Shown here piece after piece: positions 20,805 to 28,522 of a stretch of 64,000 nucleotides of DNA. Below the pieces are notes generated by a model, which saw only the letters and a list, made by a program, of their open reading frames with translations, did no database searches and was not told the DNA's origin. Every line of letters begins with the position of its first letter. The stretch's first letter is position 1. The position numbers were made by a program, and so were the translations under genes. The stretch is from Victivallales bacterium (GTDB taxonomy: Bacteria; Verrucomicrobiota; Lentisphaeria; Victivallales; G963678815). The stretch lies in NCBI GenBank assembly GCA_963678815.1, contig OY787460.1:7031503-7095502 (forward strand), written 5' to 3'.

Positions 20805-23407
20805 TTTTTAACTTCCTTTTTTGAGTTCGTCAAATTCGAATTTGGTTTTTGCCGTTTCTTTAATATTCCTGATAAAGTAACAAACGGATATTTCACGGCA
20901 ACCCAAATATTTATGAAAGTATACTTAATTATCTTTGAAAACATCTTTATAATTATCATCGGCAGCTTGCACAATAAAATCAGGATATTTTTAATACCGT
21001 CAATTATTAACCTGAAAAGCTTGATCAGCGGACGAATGACAGGTTTCAATATTCGTTTTACGGTTTTTAAAATTATAGCAGGAACTTTGCATAATGCACT
21101 CCATACGGATTTTACCACATTCAGCACCACCGTAACCATATAGATAAAAGGGCTAATAACAGCCATTATTATCCGTTTCGCCAGCAACAGGTATTTATGA
21201 ATAACGGATTTTATCCGGTCAATAACATATCGCAGAAGCGGGCGCTGCAATTTATCAAAATTCTTTTCTAGCACCAATGCGGCCCTGATCGATTTGTTCA
21301 TCGACAGAACGTATGCCACCCCAAACCGCAATTCATGGTTTTTATTGCGCCGCCATAAGTTGCGTCTGGAAATAAGATGCTCCAGCACTGGAACAGCCGC
21401 CGCTTCGTTTCTGACTCCCATCGCTTCCACGGCCGCAATGCGATATATATTAGCGGACAATCCGTAACGCTCATTTCCTGCAGCGATGCGCGCCAGCACC
21501 GAACCGCTTGACGGCCCTCTGAAGCTGGACAATATTGATATAATAGCAAGTCTGCAAGCCCTGCCGATACTTTTCTTTTGCAGACTTTCCAGCAACATAT
21601 GTTCGGCTTCACGATTATGACGCATTGCGAGTAAATCAAAAGCTGTAAGTTTGTCATCGATATCTTTGCTGTTCAGCAATTCGGAATAAAGCCGGTTTTC
21701 CGTTTCACGAGAATGCAGCAATTGTGAAATAACCTGATACGGCAGCAATGTTTTTTGGCGTATCACTCTTAAAACAAAAGCCGGAATAAATTCTTTCGGA
21801 AGATACTTGTTTAACGCCAGCAGCAATCCGGCTGATTCTTTCTGATTCCTGCTCGAATATTCGAAAAAAAGATTGGATATTGCCGAAACCTGGTCAGGCT
21901 TCAATTTCTTCCAGAATACCTTATTAAATATTTCAACGGAGGAACTGTCTAACTTTGTGAATTGTTTAAATATGGGAATAAGCGTATCATAATCCTTTTT
22001 CCTGAGGTATAGATCCAGCAGGCTTGCCAGCCGGACACAAATATCCATAATTCTTTCTTCCTCCTTTTCGGGAACCAGTAAATTAGTAAGAACATGCAGG
22101 TAGCCAAGTTCAAGATTGGACTGCAAATTCTCAAAGCGGAAATTCAGGAAATCCGAGTTAACTTCGGAAAGTTCCGAAACATGGATTCCCGGAACAGCGG
22201 TATAATTTATCTTCGCCGCCTGAAATAATTTTTCAAGAAAATCATTAATATTAAAGCTTTCCGGTAATCTTTCGTTTATCAGTTGTTTGCGGAAATATTT
22301 AATTAATTCATCGAGTTTTTTCTTAGTCAGCCGCAAAGACGATACATATTTCAGCGTACCATGGTCCCGGTATTCCTTCATTATTACCTGATAGTATTCC
22401 GGGAAATCGAATGAAAAGAGTTTTACGCTGGTAATGATTTTATTTTTCAGGGTCGAATGACAATAATACTTCAGGAGTTTCAACCGTAATTCACTGTCGA
22501 GGAGGCGTGCGGATTTTTCCAGTTGCCGGGCAACATCCTTGCCGTCCTGCGACGAATGCATCAGGATAACGTTCTCCAACCGCTGCATAATGTTAAACAT
22601 TTTCCCCAATGAAATCATTTTAGGATTGTCAGGATCAGCGCTCAGGAAAACCAGTAATTCCGCTACAGCACGCGAATCGGAAAAAACTTGCACCGCAAGC
22701 TGGATTTCACGCTGTATCATGGTATTTTTCGCACCCCGGTGCAACAGGTAATCAATAAACGGGGTTTCTTCAATTCCCGCTTTTTTCAGCCCGGCCAACC
22801 AATTTTTACGGTTCCCGGAGCCTTGCCCCATGAATTCGGTTAAACCGGCCGTTCCGTCTTCTCCGGAAGCGTCAAGATGTGAAGCAAGGTCAATTTCAAT
22901 ACTGCTGATATTTTCCTGGGAAAGAAGGAATTTAGGGCCCCCGGAATTCAGCAGCATCAACGGTTTCATTGCCAGGATGTTGCATAATCCGATAATATCT
23001 TCTTCGCTGATTCCATTCCAGAACCTGAGCTTGCGGACATGGTGCATTTCAAGGACGTTCGCCAGGTCAGCGATCTGCGGATCATCCATGGATATTTGAA
23101 ATTTCGGGGTTATTAGCTTGTCGCCAATCTTTACCACAACCAGACATTGGTGGTATTCAAACAGTTGATTGCAACTGTTGACCAGGCCGGTAACCGAAGT
23201 AGTAACCAGTTTATGGGTCGGCGGATACAGACGAATATTCTTAAATACTTTTTGAACGTTAGCCAAAAAAGAGAAATAAAGCGCCTGCTGATCGCCCTTT
23301 TTTATTTCATCGGAAAATAATTGATATGACTCTTTCAAAGTGTTCCTCGTAAAATAAATTTGTGGTTCCTCGTCAGTAAATATACGTAACGGAAATACCC
23401 GCATCAC
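20801..23407 (-). CDS. Large (868 aa) alpha-helical repeat (HEAT-like) protein with a C-terminal multi-TM segment. Hypothetical.
   Basis: A long ORF with repetitive helical regions and strongly hydrophobic C-terminal helices (IIMAVISPFIYMVTVVLNVV..., ILILLCKLPMIIIKMF). It is first in a three-gene operon. Confidence 0.5.
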   Translation of the reverse strand: MMRVFPLRIFTDEEPQIYFTRNTLKESYQLFSDEIKKGDQQALYFSFLANVQKVFKNIRLYPPTHKLVTTSVTGLVNSCNQLFEYHQCLVVVKIGDKLITPKFQISMDDPQIADLANVLEMHHVRKLRFWNGISEEDIIGLCNILAMKPLMLLNSGGPKFLLSQENISSIEIDLASHLDASGEDGTAGLTEFMGQGSGNRKNWLAGLKKAGIEETPFIDYLLHRGAKNTMIQREIQLAVQVFSDSRAVAELLVFLSADPDNPKMISLGKMFNIMQRLENVILMHSSQDGKDVARQLEKSARLLDSELRLKLLKYYCHSTLKNKIITSVKLFSFDFPEYYQVIMKEYRDHGTLKYVSSLRLTKKKLDELIKYFRKQLINERLPESFNINDFLEKLFQAAKINYTAVPGIHVSELSEVNSDFLNFRFENLQSNLELGYLHVLTNLLVPEKEEERIMDICVRLASLLDLYLRKKDYDTLIPIFKQFTKLDSSSVEIFNKVFWKKLKPDQVSAISNLFFEYSSRNQKESAGLLLALNKYLPKEFIPAFVLRVIRQKTLLPYQVISQLLHSRETENRLYSELLNSKDIDDKLTAFDLLAMRHNREAEHMLLESLQKKSIGRACRLAIISILSSFRGPSSGSVLARIAAGNERYGLSANIYRIAAVEAMGVRNEAAAVPVLEHLISRRNLWRRNKNHELRFGVAYVLSMNKSIRAALVLEKNFDKLQRPLLRYVIDRIKSVIHKYLLLAKRIIMAVISPFIYMVTVVLNVVKSVWSALCKVPAIILKTVKRILKPVIRPLIKLFRLIIDGIKNILILLCKLPMIIIKMFSKIIKYTFINIWVAVKYPFVTLSGILKKRQKPNSNLTNSKKEVKK

Positions 23408-23408
23408 G
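23383..23408 (-). promoter_or_regulatory. Candidate ECF-type promoter, motif copy C: CGTGATG-N15-CGTA. It lies upstream of, and overlaps, the annotated start of 20801..23407.
   Basis: It shares exact architecture with four other sites: 32891-32916, 43666-43691, 47392-47417 and 50752-50777. Confidence 0.45.
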
Positions 23409-23551
23409 CGAAAAACAATAAATTAACCGTAATTAAATAATTCCGGACGGCAACGGCAATGATGAAATTGTATTATTGGGTTTACAGGCTATAGTTTTTG
23501 TGATAAGATTTTCTCAAATAAAAGACAATATTCAATCGAAAAACAAGACAA

Positions 23552-24622
23552 ATGGTTGATACCAGGATTACCTTAATTGAGAAGTTAAAGGATATCGAAA
23601 ATTTCGAATCCTGGCGTGAATTCCATGATTTGTATGCAGGCATAATCATCGGCTGGGCTTGCCGGATGGGATGCCCCCAGACACTTGCCGCAGATGTTTT
23701 GCAGGAAGTAATGGTAACTCTCTTCAGGTCGATGCCTTCGTTTGAATATACTCCCGACAAAGGCTCTTTCAGGTCGTATTTGAAGGTGATTGTCCAGCGG
23801 CGGACGATTGATGCTTTCAGGCGCGAAGGACGCTATCTCACCGTAAACGAAGATGAAAGTAACCTGTTCGATAAAATAGAGATGGAGGAAGCCACCCCAG
23901 GCGAACCTCTGGAAATGGACGGTATCTGGCTCCGGGAAATCCTTGCTCAGGCCCTTAAAGTTTCATACGGCAAGATAGACCAGCAAACTTATAAGGCTTT
24001 TTGCATGTATGTATTGGATGAACTTCCCGCGGAAGAGGTGATCAAGCGTCTCAACATCAAGCGCCTGGGAACACTGTACCAACAGAAAAGCCGGTTTCTG
24101 ATTATTCTCAAAAATTCATTTTTCACGTTGCTTTGTGAATTGTCAAACGGTGAATTCAATGTGGCAAATACGGATAGTATGGACAAGTTGTTCAACTCCG
24201 CGCTTAATGAGTTAATTCAGGGGAAAAGAGAATTGCGGAACACTTTGGTCAAGTCGGATGAATCCATCGCGGCCATTAAAAACGCACAGACAACCATGAA
24301 CCTGATCAAGAAAAATGTCCCCCCCGAAAAAGACGCTTCATACCTGTTCCTGCTGAAAAAAAACGAGCCTGGAACGTGGATCAAACTTCAGAACAAGCTG
24401 ACAATTGGCTCTTCGGATAAATGTGACGTTGTGCTTGATTATGAAGGCGTTTCAGGACTGCACTGTACCGTTGAAAAGACGGAAAAAGGTTTCATCCTCA
24501 ATGACGAAAACAGCACCAACGGAACCTTTGTCAATAAGAGGAAAATTACCGGCCCCATGATCCTGAAAGACGGTGACACCGTCCAAATAGCGCTCTGCCA
24601 CCTGGTCTTTATTACACCGTAA
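23552..24622 (+). CDS. ECF-family sigma factor (regions 2 and 4) fused to a C-terminal FHA (forkhead-associated, phosphothreonine-binding) domain
   Basis: Region 2 reads 'FHDLYAGIIIGWACRMGCPQTLAADVLQEVMVTLFRSMPSFEYTPDKGSFRSYLKVIVQRRTIDAFRREGR'. The region-4-like HTH reads 'YVLDELPAEEVIKRLNIKRLGTLYQQKSRF'. The FHA domain reads 'LTIGSSDKCDVVLDYEGVSGLHCTVEKTEKGFILNDENSTNGTFVNKRKI...DGDTVQI'. Confidence 0.7.
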   Translation: MVDTRITLIEKLKDIENFESWREFHDLYAGIIIGWACRMGCPQTLAADVLQEVMVTLFRSMPSFEYTPDKGSFRSYLKVIVQRRTIDAFRREGRYLTVNEDESNLFDKIEMEEATPGEPLEMDGIWLREILAQALKVSYGKIDQQTYKAFCMYVLDELPAEEVIKRLNIKRLGTLYQQKSRFLIILKNSFFTLLCELSNGEFNVANTDSMDKLFNSALNELIQGKRELRNTLVKSDESIAAIKNAQTTMNLIKKNVPPEKDASYLFLLKKNEPGTWIKLQNKLTIGSSDKCDVVLDYEGVSGLHCTVEKTEKGFILNDENSTNGTFVNKRKITGPMILKDGDTVQIALCHLVFITP

Positions 24623-25834
24623 TTAAAACGGCAACGGCTTCACGGACTTGCCGTCCTTGTTCCTGCGGCATTTTGAAACATCTATAAAGATCAGCCATTT
24701 ACCTTTTTTCAGACAGCTCGCTACGATGGCGTTGCCTTCTAACACCGCCCGTTTGAACATACCCCTTTCGCCGTCATTGGTCACGGTTGTGGAATTCATA
24801 ATCAGCAGGTCATGGGCGGAAACAGGGGCCATCACTTTTTTGGCGCTTCCGGCATTTTGAATAACATTGATCCCAGCCGGATAATTTTTCCTTTTCAGCC
24901 AGCAGGCCACGAATGCGTGTCCCGGAATAATGATTATTACCGGATGCAAACCGGCGTTTTCCCATATCGCGGCCTCGAGCACGGCCAGGTCAAGACAAGT
25001 TCCCTGCTTATATTTCAGCACGTCGTCATGGGAACGGATCTTCTGTCCTTTCTCGAAGGAGGCCGGAACGGTGATGTAACCGATGTCCAGATCTTTGTTC
25101 ATGGTCCGGTGAATCGCCGTCAACATGGCAAGCACACGCATTGGATCACCCGCCTGGTAATCCTCGAAGGAATCAATCCCCGATACTTCCTTGAGCCTCT
25201 TTCTGGACATGCTGACGATTTTCTTTACCGCCGCGGAGTTCGGCCTTACGAACGCACAGAGATTTTCAATGTTTTCCGGGTCCAGGAACCATTCGTTGAA
25301 GGCCAGAATGTCAACCTTCGAGGTCGATGCGTAAAGGGTTTCCTTTGAATCCTTAATGGTCACCACCAGGGCGGCCGAAAGCCGCTCTTCGACCTCCTTG
25401 AACGCCTTGTGCCGGATCGGGATATGAATGTTCCTGAGAGTTACGGATTTTCCCGCGCCGATTGACGGTATGGTCTGGGTCCATTCCCCGGCATAGTCGT
25501 CCGGACTCAACTTTACGGTCACCAGCAGGTTCGGGGTCGCGGTATTGCCGTTATTGGTAACGGTAATGCTCTTTACAAGCTGGTCGCCGAGGTGGACCAG
25601 GAAATAGTTGAACATCGGCTCATAGACAATTTTTACCTTCAGGTCTTTAGCCTTCACGGTTTCTTTCGGGGCCGGAACCGGAGCTTTTTTTACCGGAATC
25701 GGATACTTTCTCACCTTCCCCATCGGTTTAGGGTTCTTGTACATGCTGTTAAGCGCGTCCTCATAATCGTCCGCAACCGCGCCGATCACCATTGACGCCA
25801 CCGCCATCAAACCCAATACAATCTTTCTCTTCAT
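24623..25834 (-). CDS. Secreted transglutaminase-like (Cys-His-Asp papain-fold) domain protein
   Basis: It has a signal peptide. 'QGTCLDLAVLEAAIW' supplies the catalytic Cys and 'IPGHAFVACWL' the His. Its N-terminal roughly 55 aa are near-identical to the neighbouring gene 25831..28269. It overlaps the upstream gene by 4 nt. Confidence 0.5.
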   Translation of the reverse strand: MKRKIVLGLMAVASMVIGAVADDYEDALNSMYKNPKPMGKVRKYPIPVKKAPVPAPKETVKAKDLKVKIVYEPMFNYFLVHLGDQLVKSITVTNNGNTATPNLLVTVKLSPDDYAGEWTQTIPSIGAGKSVTLRNIHIPIRHKAFKEVEERLSAALVVTIKDSKETLYASTSKVDILAFNEWFLDPENIENLCAFVRPNSAAVKKIVSMSRKRLKEVSGIDSFEDYQAGDPMRVLAMLTAIHRTMNKDLDIGYITVPASFEKGQKIRSHDDVLKYKQGTCLDLAVLEAAIWENAGLHPVIIIIPGHAFVACWLKRKNYPAGINVIQNAGSAKKVMAPVSAHDLLIMNSTTVTNDGERGMFKRAVLEGNAIVASCLKKGKWLIFIDVSKCRRNKDGKSVKPLPF

Positions 25835-28269
25835 TTTTTATCCTTTATTTTATTTAACATTTCCAAAGCTGATTTTTTCCAGTATTCATCATCAGTACTA
25901 TCATAGCATTTCTGGTACCAGAATCTTGCTTTTTCATTGTTTTTTGCTATACCGTAACCGCCTTCGTAATAGATATATCCAAAATCATACATTGCATGTT
26001 CAAGTCCTTTGTTGGCGGCCTTTTCATACCATTCAACGGCCTTGACATAATTTTTTGCCACCCCCGAACCTGAATAATACATCGCACCAATAAAAAACGC
26101 AGCGCTCACGTGACCTTTGTCAGCGGCTTTTCTGTACCACTCTAATGCTTTTTCATAGTCCGAACTCAATAATCCGATGCAATACGTAGCCAAGATATTA
26201 CCATTGTCATAAGACTTTTGAAACCAGAGCATTGCCTTGACGCCGTCCTCTTTACAGCCAACGCCGGTAGTATATGCTCTTCCGGTTATATATTGAGCGG
26301 TTGCATCGCCATTTTCCGCCAAACTTAAAACACCGGGAAATGATTCCTTGCAGATTTTTTCAGTTTTTTCTTTTTTTTCTTTCTTATAATTTAAAAATCC
26401 ATACATCTTGTAATACGCTTTTAAATATATTGCGGGAGGATAATCCGCCGCAGCTGATTGCTCCAGATATTTTTTCTCGAGTTTTTTATCATATTTTTCA
26501 GCCGTTCCGTATCGATAAGCCAATGCCATTTGTCCCTGACCTGAAATAGAACTTTTTGATACATCCGGCTTAGAATATCTGGATTTACTCAAAACGGGAG
26601 CAAGGGCAACGCGGAAGCCCAGATCGAGGTGCTGGCCCGACGGCGTGCGCCAGAGACTATAAGTTGACCGGCAGCGCCTGACGATGCAGGACCAGCTGCC
26701 GCCGGAAATCACACGGTCCGAGCCAGTACTGGGCCCTACAGGATCGGTCCGGGAATTGTTGTCGAGTTTGCCAAACCAGTCATTACACCACTCCCAAACG
26801 TTCCCACTCATATCATGAATACCAAGTTCATTACCACTCTTAGACCCCACCGCGTGCGTTTTTTTACCGCTGTTGTCTTTATACCAGCCAACACGATCAA
26901 GATCATTGCTGCCGCTGTACTTATAACCTTTGCCTTTATTCCCTCCTCGCGCCGCATATTCCCATTCCGCTTCCGTAGGAAGACGATAAACATAGCCTTC
27001 CAGTAGACGGCCAGCGGCACGCTCGCGTTCCGTAAGCTTCTCGCAGAACTTTACCGCGTCATTCCAGCTTACTTGTTCTACAGGATTGCTGTTTCCTTTG
27101 AAATGACTCGGATTTGTTCCTATAAGTGTCTGGTATTCTTTTTGCGTTACTTCATACTTCCCGATCCAAAAGCCCTTGCTGATGGTTACACGATCCACCG
27201 GCCCTGTTTCAGCTGTCCCCATCATGAAGCTGCCGGAAGCCACGTAGACTAATTTCATTCTGAGTTCCGGCACCGAAAATGACTTATCCTTGGCTGACTT
27301 TTTTTTCGTTTTATTGATTTTCGTGATACCCGCCTGATCCATCCAGTCTTTACCATAAAAGCGTTTAATATGCTCATCCGTGTAGAAAACAACGCCAAAA
27401 TTTTTGAAATTACGGGGTCTGCTCCAGGCGATAGGAACAATATCGCCCTTTCCGCTTAAACCGCCTCTATAGACGTAATCAAGCGTTTTTTCAGTAAGTG
27501 TTTCACCGGGTTTTATGGGCTTTGTGCCAGTGCTTGGACTTGTAAATATTTTCAAATCTTCCACATAACCCTCTTTTATCAAGAGATTCAGTCCGGCGGC
27601 GCCGTCAGGCGTTGGGAATTTATCATTATGGTCAAGAGCATATTGCATCAAAATAAGGCCAATACAAAGCAAATCGCTGGAAGCATTACTTCTCGTTGTT
27701 TCAAGTTTGTGCTGGGCCTGATGGATCTTGGCGATGCCTGCTTTTCCCAGCCAGTCTTTACCGGTGAAACTTTTAACATTTCCGTCCGTGTAGAGGACAT
27801 TTCCGTAATCCTCGAATTTATCAGAATTGTCCCAGGCGATAGCCGCAATACCGTCACTTTTTTTCAATCCGCCTCTATAGATATAACTATATAAATTTAT
27901 GTCCGAAGCTTTTTCTTTCAGATATTTTTCCTTTTTCAATAATTCCAGTCCTTCATAGTCATTGAGAAAAGGATATTTACCGTCATGGTCCGCGGCATAA
28001 TTATTCAGGGCCGAACCGATTTGTTTCAGGTTACGGATACTTATTTTTTTTATTTTGTCCAAATATGATCTGATATTGTCATTGTCGGCAGATTTTTTCG
28101 GAGTTGCCTCCGGGAGCGTTTTTTTAACGGGAACCGGATGCTTCCTGACTTTACCTATTGGCTTGGAATTCTTGTACATGCCATTAAGCGCGTCCTCGTA
28201 ATCGTCCGCAATTACGCCAGCCGCAACCGACGCCACCACCAGCAAACTCAAGACGATTTTTCTATTCAT
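25831..28269 (-). CDS. Secreted protein with two leaderless DUF1559-like (H-X9-DG) domains, an FGE-sulfatase (SUMF1-like) domain that retains both active-site-position cysteines, and C-terminal Sel1 repeats
   Basis: It has a signal peptide. 'LKQIGSALNNY...YTDGNVKSF' and '...FYTDEHIKRF' are DUF1559-like. The FGE domain reads 'WIGKYEVTQKEYQ...LPTEAEWEYAARGG...GNVWEWCND...GGSWSCIVRRCRS'. Sel1 repeats read 'AMYYSGSGVAKNYVKAVEWYEKAANKG'. Confidence 0.7.
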   Translation of the reverse strand: MNRKIVLSLLVVASVAAGVIADDYEDALNGMYKNSKPIGKVRKHPVPVKKTLPEATPKKSADNDNIRSYLDKIKKISIRNLKQIGSALNNYAADHDGKYPFLNDYEGLELLKKEKYLKEKASDINLYSYIYRGGLKKSDGIAAIAWDNSDKFEDYGNVLYTDGNVKSFTGKDWLGKAGIAKIHQAQHKLETTRSNASSDLLCIGLILMQYALDHNDKFPTPDGAAGLNLLIKEGYVEDLKIFTSPSTGTKPIKPGETLTEKTLDYVYRGGLSGKGDIVPIAWSRPRNFKNFGVVFYTDEHIKRFYGKDWMDQAGITKINKTKKKSAKDKSFSVPELRMKLVYVASGSFMMGTAETGPVDRVTISKGFWIGKYEVTQKEYQTLIGTNPSHFKGNSNPVEQVSWNDAVKFCEKLTERERAAGRLLEGYVYRLPTEAEWEYAARGGNKGKGYKYSGSNDLDRVGWYKDNSGKKTHAVGSKSGNELGIHDMSGNVWEWCNDWFGKLDNNSRTDPVGPSTGSDRVISGGSWSCIVRRCRSTYSLWRTPSGQHLDLGFRVALAPVLSKSRYSKPDVSKSSISGQGQMALAYRYGTAEKYDKKLEKKYLEQSAAADYPPAIYLKAYYKMYGFLNYKKEKKEKTEKICKESFPGVLSLAENGDATAQYITGRAYTTGVGCKEDGVKAMLWFQKSYDNGNILATYCIGLLSSDYEKALEWYRKAADKGHVSAAFFIGAMYYSGSGVAKNYVKAVEWYEKAANKGLEHAMYDFGYIYYEGGYGIAKNNEKARFWYQKCYDSTDDEYWKKSALEMLNKIKDKK

Positions 28270-28522
28270 TTTCCGCCTTTATCTTATTTAACATTCTCAA
28301 GGCATTTTCATATCCATTATCATAAGCCTTCTGAAACCAGTATTTTGTTTTCAAATGATCTTTTGCTATGCCCAGCCCATCATAAAATAACACTCCAATG
28401 CTATACATCGCGGTTTTACTACCTTTCCCGATGGCCTTTTTATACCATTTATTGCTTTGGTATAGTCCTTTGCAACTCCCTAAACACCATCGTAGTATAA
28501 ACATAATACTTTGCGGATGCAT
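28262..28522 (-). other. Out-of-frame continuation of the kinase 28449..31118 C-terminus. These are the terminal Sel1 repeats, displaced by a frameshift that may be authentic or a sequencing error.
   Basis: The alternative-frame peptide 'KWYKKAIGKGSKTAMYSIGVLFYDGLGIAKDHLKTKYWFQKAYDNGYENALRMLNKIKAENE' matches the canonical C-termini of paralogs (…WFQKSYDN…MLNKL / …WYQKAYDNGDKNAKEKLDKLK). The in-frame ending '...KYYVYTTMVFRELQRTIPKQ' does not match them. Confidence 0.6.

Noticed and set aside
28262-28522. 86 aa Sel1-containing ORF called as a separate gene
   Set aside because: It has no independent start context. It is the displaced C-terminus of the upstream kinase after a frameshift (see findings).
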